The notes under the pieces are model-generated. The model was not told where the DNA came from. It worked only from the letters and a program-made list of their open reading frames with translations, and did no database searches. From Raja brachyura (lineage: Eukaryota), in assembly GCA_963514005.1 (NCBI GenBank), contig OY740809.1:13268001-13332000 (forward strand): a stretch of 64,000 nt of DNA, written 5' to 3'. Position numbers and translations under genes: made by a program. Below, in pieces: positions 37,756 to 49,830 of this stretch (within the stretch, counting starts at the first letter, position 1; every line of letters begins with the position of its first letter).

Positions 37756-39510
37756 TGGAAAAAGGGAAAGGTGGTAAAATATTTACATCTCATGGACTGA
37801 AGAAATTAATTTGTGATGAGGCAAATATAGTGTTTGATTCAGCTTACCGGTTGAACACAATGGATCTAATGACAGAGTCAATTCTATGTAAGGAACTAGA
37901 TAAATCTGTGCCAAGATGCTGGTACAATGATAAGTACTGACATTTCATCCTGACTCAGGAACAACATAGTGAAGCAAATGCCCCAAAAGCAAGCCAATAA
38001 TGAAGCAATAATGACGAGGTTTGCTTCATTTATACTAAAATCTGCTATCACTTTATACTAAAATTATAGTACAGTCAGAGAGAGGATTTCTGATGGTGGT
38101 GAAACTCATGAATCAGAAAAGCTATAATATAGATTTCATTGGAAAACACCACCTGTATCTGTGAGAGACGTGTGAAACCGTGCATGTCCACCACCACAGG
38201 GCCCTGCTGGTGGCAAACCAGGAACATATGACCAAAGAGAAGCCAGAATCTTGCTACTACTGAGATCCAAAGACACAGCAAGGATAAAGTATGTGTCAGA
38301 CCACCGCCAGACAACGCAAAAGGCAGCGGGACTCAACACACGCAGGATCATGGGCACATGAGGGAGGCGATGTCCCACATCAGAGGGACAGATGCACAGC
38401 TGGATTTGGAAGGATAATATCTGTCAAAGTGTTCAGAGATCGGATGGATGTTTTGGATGTTTTTCTCCTTTTATGTTTTCACTGTTCAAGAAGGGGTGTA
38501 ACCGAGATAAATTATATGGTGTGTGATTCTATTCTCATGTTCATATTCTTACATTGTGATATTTCCACTGGCTTTAACCAGCTCCTGTCTGGGAGTTGGC
38601 AGAATATTTTTACCCTGAAAATAAGTACTCTGCTTTGCTCTGTATATTCTTTTGTTAGTTGAACATGCTGGCTACCCTCCAGTATCTCAGAGAAAGATAA
38701 TGACTCACTGCACATGACATTTTAATGAATTAATTTCATAGAACCTTAAGTCTCTCTAAGCTTCCAAAGCTTCAGGCTTTTCATCATTTAGGAAATACTC
38801 TCTTATATCCTTTTGAGATCCTTCAAAATCCATTGTCACATACAGTATTTGCATGTAAACTATTAATGTCTCTGCAATTCAATGTTTCTATCTAAACTCC
38901 TTATAATTCATGTAATCTTTGACTCAATGGTATTACAGATTTATATTGCCACATCTAAGTTATTAATAAAGAGAGGGAACTTGGATCCTTGTGGGACATA
39001 ACAATCAAATGCATCCAACTTGAGTACTTGCCCTTTTAACCTTATTTGCTGTATCCCTGTACAGCTGCAGTAAATAAGAATCTCATTATTCTGGTTCATA
39101 AGAGATATAAGCACTCTTTCTTATTCTCTTCTTCGGTTAATTTCCACAACAGGTCAATACATCTTTTTCAAACAGTTTCAGCGAGATCACATAAATCACA
39201 TCGGCAAACAATCCTCCCTCCACTACCTCAGCCATAACTTCAAACAATTAAATTAAATCCATGGGGCGTAACTTACTCCTTACAAATCTGCTGGATCATG
39301 TTCCCAATCAATGTCGATGGTTACGTCCAAAAATGGTATTGATACAACAAATTACCCAGCCCAAACCTCCGGATAGAGGTGAGATGTTATGGAATATTCA
39401 ATAAGAAGATCATCTTCCCTCTGTTTCAGGTACAGATATAAATAGGCTAGGACTAACTTGCTATTGGTGGTCACAGAGAGTCTCATAAAGGCCTCCTTCC
39501 ATGCTGGAGT

Positions 39511-40827
39511 CAGGCACGTGCCGTCAGGGTAGGCAAGGTAGGCACTGCCTACCCTGACTAAAATTATAACATAGTAATAACTAAATATAAATAATAAAGG
39601 CATGGGAGAATTATGCCCATGTAAGAGATCGATTTCTTAGGTAGGTATAATTCTCCGTGCCTTTCATCCGCAGCGCTTGTAACACGGGAAGCTCTGTGCA
39701 GCCCACGTGCCTTCAGCGCTGCCTGAAGCCGTCAGTTTCAAGCGGGGCTGAAGGCAGCAGAAACTCTGCCTTTGCAGCACTGCGCATGCGCATCAGTCTA
39801 CTACCATGCGCAGCGCAAGTTTCTTGGCGGGGTTTTCGAATATGGATTGTTAATATTTTAAGTGTATGTTAGGTAACAAAGAGAGAAGAATGGAGTTTGT
39901 GTACCAATAATGTGGTAAGTATTACCATTTTGTGTTTATGTTTTTAAATACTGTATTTTCCGGGGTGTGGGGGTGGGGGGGAGAGCTCCTTTCACAGCGT
40001 TTGGGGAGTCTGGCCCGGGGTAATGTTGCGGGGAGGGCACGAATGTTATGAATGAGGGGATTGGGATAATGCCACTTGCGACGCTCCTTGCACGGGGGCG
40101 TGCAATGACACCGCATTGAGGCGGGGGGGGGGGGGGGGGGGGAAGAGAAGTAGCTCGGGTGGCTGAGCGGCCGCCGGGCCGGACAGCAGAACCAGCCGCC
40201 ACCTTAGCTCCTTCTACCGGTCCCCGCTCACCTCTGGCAGCTCTCCGTCTAAAAACCTCCCTCCTGCCGCCCGCTGGCCTCACTCATGTCCTTAAATTCC
40301 GACAGCGCAATTGAGGTTACTCAGCTGTGCGAATTTAACGATTTGCAGGAAGCTGCTGACATGAGCGAAGTTGGCAAACAGCAGGTGACAGGTGTTCCGA
40401 CGGAGAGCACTGCCAAAGGTGAGCGGGCCGGCAGAAGGCGCTGAAGTGGCGGCCAGTTCTGCTGTCGGGTCCCGGTGGCCGCTCGTAGCTCCCCGAGCTG
40501 CTTCTATCCCCAGCTACAGTGCGTGGCTTTGCGCCCGGAGAGCTGCGGCAGCGGTGAGTGAGTTACTGGCAGTATCCCTGACACCCTCCTTCTCAACACT
40601 CATGCCCTCCCCACAACTTTACCCCTGGCACAGACTCTCCACACGCTGTGAAAGGAACTGTTCCCCCAATTGGTCTAGGACTAGCAAGCCTTGGGCAAAT
40701 TGAAATGTCACTGTTTTTATTAATTTATATATTTTATGGGGAGAACAATCTGCGTATGCGCGGTTTAATTTTTTTTAAAAAGCGGACTGAGTGCCTACCC
40801 TGAGTAATTACTCACGGCACGTGCCCG
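39511..40827. mobile_element. Non-autonomous hAT-like DNA transposon (1317 bp) with a large internal inverted repeat
   Basis: Ends CAGGCACGTGCCGT and ACGGCACGTGCCCG match at 13/14 as inverted repeats. A perfect 8-bp TSD GCTGGAGT lies at 39503-39510 and 40828-40835. Subterminal (C)AGGGTAGGCA motifs occur at both ends, and no transposase ORF is present. Confidence 0.88.
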
Positions 40828-41074
40828 GCTGGAGTTGATAGATGACCTTTCCTGATTTGTCATTCATGATGGTTAATGGGAGGTCACTGAAGCACTCTCC
40901 AAAAATAGTGAAAACTACAACCAGTGATGGCATGTCTGAAGGTTACGTGTCCAAATCCTACTCCGGAGACTAAGGGTCCAAAATGTAACCTGACCATCCA
41001 AAGCTATCTAGTGCTGATAATTTCTGTTCTGCATTTGATAAGGTCATAGCCGATCTTTTACCTGCTTGTCACTT

Positions 41075-41400
41075 TCCTGAACTACCTCACTGTTTATCTA
41101 TACTTCCTCCAGTCCCAGCACCCTTATGTATATCCTACCCGTGTTAGATGAAATGCATCATCTCATATTTATCAGAATGTAATTCCATGCACCATTGCTC
41201 TCCTGTTCTACCCAATTGATTATAATTATTCTGTAGACTAAGACCACACTCCTTGTTATCAATGATACCACCAATTTTAATGTCATCTGCAAACTTCCTA
41301 ATCATAGTTCTTATCTTCACATCCAGATCAGTAATGTTATAACAAACAGCAAAAATCCCAATATCAATCCCTGCCATACACCACTAGTCACAGGCTTCTA
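41075..41400 (-). mobile_element. CR1-type LINE RT fragment
   Basis: ORF 41144..41377 gives ITDLD...IRKFADDIKIGG...W.MEL..DK.EMMHF. Confidence 0.8.
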
Positions 41401-43639
41401 ATGGCAAGAACACTTGATCCCCTGATCTACATCATTGCTATGGGGTGTGGACTGTTGTGATGCCAGTACTGATCCCTATGCCAACTCCACCAGACCCAAA
41501 AAGGATTCCATTCCCTGAATACCTATCTGATGGGGTTGGAAGAGTAGTGCAGTGGAGCATCACAACTCTGGTCATCTGAGTTTAATCCTGACCTCTGGTC
41601 TGCATGAAGTCTCCATGTGACTGCATGGGATTCCTCTCTGGGTGCTCTGGTTACCTCCTACAGTCCAAGGTTAATTGGCCATGCTAAATTGCCCCAAGTG
41701 CGTTGGTGAGCAGTGGGATGTGGGGGGAATAAAATGGTCAATGGTCAATGGGGACTCTACAAGCTGAAGGACCTGTTACTTGATGTGTGCCATCAACAGT
41801 GAGTTCTGGAAGCATTACCAATCCCTTTAATTTTAGCTGTTGTTGCAGCAACCTTGGTAATGTGACAGGACTCTGAACCCCCACTTCAGCACTGAGTGAA
41901 TGAAACTTGAACTGCAATGGTAGCTACAACATTAGCTGGGTTAAGCTTCATCACGGTTAGTCTGGACCCGTGTGAACACAGTTGGCCCTTGTCGGAATGC
42001 TGGTTGGCAAACTCTGCTCAAAGTGAAGTGCTAAGCTGGCTGGACTCCATACTCAAATTAGTCACTGAGCCTTATAAGGAGGTATTTGTCTGGATAGTTA
42101 AAAGCTTGGTCAAATGTGTAGGACTTTAGGAGTTTTACAAAGGAGGTAATCAAAATAGAGAGGGAATTCTTGAACTTGCAATTGAGGTTCTGGCCATTCT
42201 ATGGCAAAGAACCACCTCTGGCTTCTCCATCCTGTAAACTACAATGCATTTCCAACTGCCCATTTCTCCCCAAGGTCTGTGAATACACTGTAGCCTCCCA
42301 AATTGTCCTGCTTCCCACGCCCACTGCTTTATCCAAAATGTTTCTGATCCTGCAAGAATGAACCTTATTAAACCATCCCCGGCCCCAGTAAAATACAAAT
42401 GTGACAAGTGTCTTCCTGCAGTCTTTGGCATATTAGATGCTTTAAAATTGGCCAACAACTTCAAATGTTACTTATGTCCCTCTTTCCTGACCTGCTGACT
42501 ATCCCCAGCATCTGTGTTCATATCAGATAAATGTTTTCTTTCCCGGAATCTGCACTGTCTCCTCTGAATCCCGCTAGGACTCTGCAAGATCATTGCTGCT
42601 CCTCATCCGCTTCCTGCCTCTCAGCTGGACGCCGGCAGTACCCAGGTCTCCTCATTGCTATTTTCCTCCATCCTGAAACTATCTTAAAGTTGTCAGAGTT
42701 TTCTGGCATCCACATCAGTATCAGCAGGCAGTCTTTCCATTGAATTTTAAGTAGACTACAGCCATTATCTTGAGTCACTGCCACAGACTTTGTTCCCAGG
42801 GTTACAGTCAGTGCCTGCTGGAAGAACACTTTGAAGAGCTCCCCAAATGAGACTCTGTCATTAACACAAGTGCCCTTGGTGAAAATGTTTTTGGCTCAAT
42901 TATCACTATAATCCCGGAACTACAACAGCCTGGCAGAGACACTGCAATCATGACTTTCTCCAGGGCCACATCTGTTTACAATAATTGCACAAGTGTCTCG
43001 CTCTAAGTGTCAGCACAAAGACCCACCCCAGTAGTTGAAGGGCTTTACCCTTAATTGGAATGCAAATTTCATAAATCAGGAGGCACAATGGTCATGATCC
43101 TTTTTTTGGTTTATTCACCTGTCAGGTTTCAGGCACTGCTGACAAAGCCTATAGTCCACCCCTAATTGCCCTTGAGAAGGTGATGGTGAGTCACCTTCTT
43201 GACCTGCTGCATTGCTTCTTGTAAAGTTATTCCCATGGTGTTGAAAGGAGAATGAAGGAACGGTGATCAATTTCCAAGCCATGACGTTGTGCTACATGGA
43301 AGAGAACATGAAAGGTGGAAGTGTTTCTCTGTGCCTGAACCCCTTTCTTTCATTGGTGGTACAGGACATAGGATAGGGAGATGACACTAGAATACCCCAG
43401 AGATACAACCGCAGAGCATCATGTACACATTCTACACCTCTGACACTGCACACTGGCAGTGGAGGGAACAAATGTTTTGGTGGTGGATAGAAACAAAATG
43501 CTGGAGTATCTCAACGGGACAGGCAGCATCTCTGGAGAGGAGGAATGGGTGACAATAGACAATAGACATTTCGGGTTGAGACCCTTCTCCGGCCAGATCA
43601 AATAGGCTGCATCTTGAGGATGGCTGGGACTGAGCCCAT

Positions 43640-43990
43640 CCAGACCTCCTCCAAATATATTGGGATGGTAGGGAACTTCTATCACATCTGCTCCTGGGCC
43701 AAATTCACCTGAACCAACGCTTGAATCACATTATACCAGTTCTTGTAGATGGGCTACGTCATCCGCATACCTGACATCAAACTTCCAACACAAGCACTGG
43801 GCTTTGAAATCCATCATGGCAAGGGATTGCATGAGGAAAGCACATTGAAGGAGGATTAACATCTTCATCCCTGCTCAGTGACCAGTCAAAATGGTGGAGC
43901 ATTCAGGAATCGTTCGAGCTTCTCAGGTTTCTAAGGCAGATCCATGGAGAAACAGCAGAAGCTCAGAACATTCCAAACAACGTACTTGCT
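43640..43990 (+). mobile_element. Degenerate RTE/BovB-type LINE fragment
   Basis: agatgggctacgtcatccgcatacctgacatcaaacttcca...catggcaag resembles the RTE motif RW.GHVIRMPD.RLP...GKR. Confidence 0.55.
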
Positions 43991-45684
43991 CTACCTGTGG
44001 TAGAGTCTGTTATCCCACATAGGACTACAGCCATGTCAGAAACCAAAGTATTTGGGTGCAGGCAAGTCATTTTCAAATCAAAGGCAGTCTAATGAAGAAG
44101 TTCTGTTTCCCAGATATTGACTCCATCTTACATACTGGTAACTATATGACATAGGAACACAATGTTCGCAAACCTGACCTCAGGTTTGACTTTGGGCTAC
44201 ATAACTGCATTGTTGGGAATTCTGTCTGCTACCCTCCATTAGTTTTCCCAACTATGCGCTTGTCTCGTCCACTGTTTGCTGAAACATTAATCCATGCCTT
44301 TGTTACCTCTAACCTTGATTTTTCAATCCCTCACCCACGTCTCCCCTGTGTCCTGTGGTTCTGCTCTTGTTTTCACCTCAATAGCCTCCACATCCAACAC
44401 ATCATCCTCTGACATTTACGGCACCTTCAACATGATTCCGCCACCAGTCACATCTTCCCATCTCAACCCTTTTCCGCCCTCTGCAAGGAACGTTCCCTCC
44501 GCAACTCTTTGGTCCACTCAGATAATGATGCCACATTATACTCAATCTGTTTTTTCTTGCCTCCATAATGTTTCAAACTTTGGAGGAAACACCACCATTC
44601 CTTTCTCCACCGCACACACCGTCCTGACTTAGAAATACTCAGCCTTGCTCTACGGTCACTGAACCCATATCCTTGCTTGCTACATACCAACGGTCTGCAG
44701 TACCTTTACCACAGAGACTGCACCTCGCTGTTAGGCTTTGTCCTGCCTCACCTCTCATTTGAGGTTTTCTCCCCCTACTACATCAGTTGATAAATAAACT
44801 ACGCAATAGCCCTCCCAATTTTCCATGATCATGGAGTACCAATGTGGTACATGTTTCATCGCTCTACCTCTCCCCATTTTGACAATGTTCTTTTCCTAAT
44901 GACTCACAGTGCCAATGCTATTTTTCAAAACCTCTGGCTAAGTCACGTTTTCGCTTTTCATGGTCTCCACTTCTCCACATTCTTCGGCTGAATTGCAAAT
45001 AGCCTCTCCTCTCCACCAACTATCCAGATTTACCTCGCAACCCATGGGAGCAGACCTGTGCAGGTCATTTTCCTACCTACACCCTCGCTCATGACCACAC
45101 TGACTGGAGTGGTGAAGCAGCAACAAAAGCTGCTGCCTCCCAGCTCCGACACCTGACAGCTCCGACGGTAAGGTTCAGCACAGCTAATATAAAAGGCATG
45201 AAGATAATACAGCAAACGCTTTAAATAAACATATTTTCACAAAGACAAAGGTGAGGCAGCACAAACCTGGAACTCTGTGAGTACCATGGTGCATGGATAA
45301 AAGCTCAAAAGAGAACCTGATGTCAGGCAGGAGAATTCACAATTATAGAAAACACAGGTGGTGTGGGAATAAAAAACTGGAAATTAGGAAACCTTAGAAG
45401 TTGTGGATAAAAGTAAATCCAAATAATTTGTAATTATATATTTGTTATTATAAATACTGAGAAGTGAAATAAAAGTAACTCCAAATAATTTATAATTTAT
45501 ATATTAGATGTAATAGAGACCAGAAATGTAATCAACAAGCAGAGATGGAAGGTAAGGTTCTTACTCAATACTTTAGCTACATTCATAAATTAAAGGGATG
45601 ATACTGAAATTGTTGTTCGAGAAGTGCTGAATATTGGATGGGATAAGCATAGCGAAGAAATATGAAATGCTTCACTCATGTAGT

Positions 45685-45995
45685 CACGCAACATGGAAAC
45701 AGGCCCTTTAGCCCACCCAGTCCATCCCAATAATCAAGTGGCTAGTTACATTCATCCCAAGATATCATCCCATTTTAACATCAACTCACCCCAGAATCTA
45801 TCACAGACATGCACAACAGGGGCAATTTATAGTGGCCAATTAACCAATCACCCCTCATGTCTTAGGAATGTGGAAGCAATTGAGTATTTGTAGGGAGAAG
45901 GTGTAAACTTCACAAAGTTGACGTTGGAGGTCCGGATTAAAGCTGGAGGCTGGAGCTGTGAGGCAGCAACTCTACCAGCTACACCACTGTGCTGT
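45685..45995 (-). mobile_element. Degenerate HE1-type V-SINE
   Basis: ggggcaatttatagtggccaattaacc and ggagctgtgaggcagcaactctacc. Confidence 0.7.
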
Positions 45996-47664
45996 ACACA
46001 GCATTTATGAAATGAAGATTGGTGAAATGTACACCAGGCTGTTAAAGGAGGCAAGGGTGGAAACTGACCAATCCTTCTGCTACTGTTGTGATGATAGGAT
46101 TGGACAACTGCTGAACAAGGCAGAGACAAACTCACTTATGACAGGTACTACAGCACACCTGCAAATATTACTAATCTTTTATGGAGGTGACAAGCAGAGT
46201 TGATGTGGGCAGCGATTAGCTGAAGCCTACGTAGATTCTGGCAACACTATTGACAAGGTCCTACCTGAGAAGCTGGTCAAAAAGGTGAGAAGACATAGGA
46301 TCCAAGGGAGTGTGAACAAAAACTGGCCCTGTGACATTTTTATGATTGTAAGCATTGCTTCCATAAGGTTCAGTACTTTGTCTCCAGCTGCTGTAGTATA
46401 ATTAACATTGACAGGTGTTTGGGGCATGATAAAGTCATTTGCAGATTACATAAAATTGGCTGTATGGTTGAGCAGGAAAGCTTTGTACTGCTGGATATCA
46501 ATGGATCGTTCAGTCAGTCTGAAAAGTGGTAAATGGAATTTAATCTGAGCAATAAGGGGGGAATCTTTGCTGTGAAGCATAGTGACATGACAAAAGTTTT
46601 TAAGACTTTAAAAAAAGAGAAGTGGAGAGGAGAAGAGGCCAGGGAAGGCAAATCTGGAGTTTACCCGTGCACACCAAACAGTAGGGCCATTAATGACGGA
46701 GTAAAGGAAGTAAGGCAAAAGTTAAAAGGGGCAATGGATCCTGAAGGGAATAGAATTGAAAGAGGTTGCATATTCAGGAAGGGGAATACATCACTTTTGG
46801 ATTTGAAACAATGATTGAAGACCCCCACACTAGAATTCCGAAGAAAGATCTCGACTCGAAATGTCACCCATTCCTTCTCTCCAGATATGCTGCCTGTCCC
46901 GCTGAGTTACTCCAGCATTTTGTGTCTCTCTTCGGCACGAGAAATGTAGTGGGTCATGAAGACTATCTTCACATTCTCAATGAAAATCATGGCAATAAAT
47001 ACTTAGATCCTCGGTCATCCACATCCCAACCATCTGGAACTTGGCATTTGCCTGAAGGGATAATGAGGTTAATAAAAACCAGAGAAAAGGTCAATTGACT
47101 GTCTTGTCAGCTGGAGATCACTGGCATAGACAATCAGCCTGGAGATAACAAAAAATGGAAAGAAACAGCTTTGCAGACAATGGAAAAAAAATGAGTGAAA
47201 ATAGCAAAAGTCCATCCACATGAAATGTTGATTATTTTTCTCCATAGATACTGCCTCATCAACAGAATATTTCTAGTGATTTTTGTTTCTATTTTGGATG
47301 CAAAATTATCTCAATCAATGAGTGTTAAAGATGTACAAGATGTCAGAATTACGGGGGCATGCAATATTTGATCTTGTAGAGCTGTAAGAAGTTGCAGGAA
47401 GGAGGATTATCGTTAGTACGAATTTGGACACACAGATCGTGGTTTTGATAATCTACTTTGTCGGACAGGTATCTGAAAAAAATAGAAAACACCCACAATA
47501 GAACTATTTGAAAATAACACATAAAAATATAAAAATAGTTTCTTGCATTCCAGAAGCACACATTTTAAAGCAGTAATTAAATGTAAACCATATGCAGGGG
47601 ATACTAGGGAAATATCCGATACGAGAAAAAATTAAAGTTTTACTATGAAGCTCTTAATTTATTG

Positions 47665-47958
47665 GAAGTAGCTCAGTGGTGGAGTTGCTGCCTTACAACC
47701 CAGACCCAGGTTTGATCCAGACTATGGGTGCTCCTGTATGGTGTTTGTACATTCACCCCATGACTGCATGGGCTTTTCCGGGGTGCTCCGGTTTCCTCCC
47801 ACACTCCAAAGACACACAGGTCTGGTGGCTAATTGGCTTCAGTAATAATTGTCCCTGGTGTGTATGATAGTGGTTGTGAATGAGGATCACTTATCGGCGC
47901 AGACTCAGTGGGCCGAAGGGCCTGTGTCCGTGCAGTATCTCCAAATTAAATTAAACTA
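47665..47958 (+). mobile_element. HE1-type V-SINE
   Basis: gagttgctgccttaca..gggtgctccggtttcctcccacactccaaagac..gggccgaagggcctgtgtccgtgcagtatctccaaattaaattaaactaaac. Confidence 0.85.
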
Positions 47959-48327
47959 AACACAGAAAGATAACTGGTACTGCACAATGCAACTTTTTAG
48001 CAGGTTTGTCCATTCGTGGGCAGCAGGTAGAAGGTTGAATGGAGAGGTTAATTGAGGGCTGCTTGAATTTATTCTTAATAATTCTACAGAGCACACTGTG
48101 GAAGACCTGAATCTGTTGGCAGATGCCAGAATGTTACTCCAATTTATTACAACTGTTACAGAAGCAATACGTTCTCTGGGTGCCAGGAGCAAGGGTCAGG
48201 TTCGGTCAAGCTTAAATGGGAAGGCAGTTTCACTGACAATGAGACAACAATTACCCTGCTATCAATGCCTGCTTTCTTTATATTACCACAGGTACATTGA
48301 GAAACTGACAGTATATCTTTAACTTAC

Positions 48328-48989
48328 TTCTAAGGAGCCCATGGACCCTGATGAGCTTGGCTTACTGCGTGGCATGGTCCTGCTCCTGTCTGCAAATTCA
48401 GATGCCAGAATGTGCCTCACTGAAGGGTGATGTTTGAGGGCTGAACTCCGTGGATAATTAAGAGTTCCATAAGGTTTATTAAAGTTGTAATTGATCTGAT
48501 CAACGGAGACAAAGTTTGGGTAAATCTCTGACTCAACTGGTTGGCTCCCAGTGATATTGTGCCTGCTGTTGTCCACATTGACGTTCAATTTGCTCTCGTC
48601 TTTGATGAAAGGCTTTAAACTGACAGTGCGTCTGGGGAGCACCATGTAGTCTCCCTCCAGCGGCTGCTCCTGAGCTCGCCTCCACTTCAAGTCCACCGGC
48701 CTCAGGGTGTTGTCTGTGCACAGATACAGGGTTCCCCTCAGCTCACTGTTGGTTTCTTTTTTGGCTGGTTCGTTCAATTCCCCCATACCAGACATCACAT
48801 CGTGCAGATGCTGCATTGGAGGCAACTGGACTAACACATTACCCGGTGGGATGTTTCCTGGAAGGGTGGAGAAATTCATTCCTTCATTGCTGATGTTCAT
48901 TTTTTCATCTTCCTCGTCATCCAGTGAAATGCGAGACATTGTCCCTGTGATAGTCGCTGGGTTGCAAGCGTTAACCTCTTTGAAGAGCA
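48328..48989 (-). CDS. ADGRB2: ADGRB2 (BAI2) large cytoplasmic-tail exon (VLFKEVNACNPATITGTMSRISLD...EGDYMVLPRRTVSL...RSRTMPRS...MGSLE)
   Basis: Lies within ORF 48319..49032. Acceptor ttctactttcccag|TGCTC, donor TTAGAA|gtaagt, 662 nt (phase 1 to phase 0). VLFKEVNxCNP, EGDYMVLPRRT and RSRTMPR are BAI2-type rather than BAI1/BAI3. Confidence 0.93.
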
Positions 48990-49074
48990 CTGGGAAAGTA
49001 GAAACAATACAGGAAATGTCAGTTAGCAACATAATGCAATAATCATTCTCAGTACACTAATGGAGCATAGCAGT

Positions 49075-49350
49075 AATGGGGGTGAGGAACTTTGGGTGTT
49101 AAAATGAGCTCCCATCTGCCTACTCAGGGTCATTACAAACCTCATGTACCAGGAAATATTTAGCACTCACCAACATCTTTAACATAGTTAGAAAACATTA
49201 TTAGCACAATGCCATTTTAAAGACCCTGTTGTGCACTGATTGACTGCCATGTTTTCTCCTATTTTACATATATGTAACAAGACTTCAAGATCATTTTTTT
49301 ACCTTGACGTTCTAGGCTGTCCTGTTTTGCTAAAAAATGCAAATCTTTGT
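49075..49350 (+). mobile_element. Ancient Deu-domain SINE remnant (SacSINE1/AmnSINE1-like) beside the large ADGRB2 exon
   Basis: gtgttaaaatgagctcccatctgcctactcagg...aatatttagcactcaccaacatc...ttgtgcactgattgactgccatgttt...aaatgcaaatcttt follows the recalled Deu-domain consensus in order. Confidence 0.5.
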
Positions 49351-49687
49351 TACAGCAATTATATAATAGCATTTAACACTCCCAGTTGATGTGATGCTGC
49401 AACAAATGGCAATTGGGTGGCCTGCCATTACCGCTCAGGTCATTTCCCACTATTTGCAATGAAATAGCGCAAGGACCCAGTGAATCACCCATACAGGAGG
49501 CAGAGCCCATGCACTATCAGCGTGGAACACACTGAGGAAATCGCAGACCTGGGGCAAAGATCGGAAAGGTGCAGGAATGAGAGGCCCAGGGATGGGCAAG
49601 AAGGTTGGGAATGAAAGAGCGAGATTCGATGGAGCATTGGCTGCCAGCAATCGATGGTGGCAGGGAGAAGCCTGTCATTGATGGTTA

Positions 49688-49830
49688 TTGTGTAGGAAAG
49701 AACTGTAGATGCTGGTTTAAATCGAAGATAGACACAAAATGCTGGAGTAACTCAGCGGGCCAGGCAGCATCTCTGGAGAGAAGGAATGGGTGATATTTCG
49801 GGTCGAGACCCTTCTTCAGACTGATTGATG
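49688..49830 (-). mobile_element. Solo Penelope terminal repeat with near-intact minimal hammerhead core
   Basis: Minus strand reads tcagtCTGAAGAAGGGTCTCGACCCGAAATATCacccattcc. Confidence 0.8.

Noticed and set aside
38075-38500. Possible Gypsy integrase tail and polypurine tract (aagaaggggtgtaa)
   Set aside because: Too degenerate; no LTR pair or translatable integrase motif could be confirmed.
39936-40703. Two similar ORFs on opposite strands suggesting a divergent paralogous gene pair
   Set aside because: The similarity arises from the inverted repeat inside the hAT-like element. Frames shift between the arms, and GC-richness explains the lack of stop codons.
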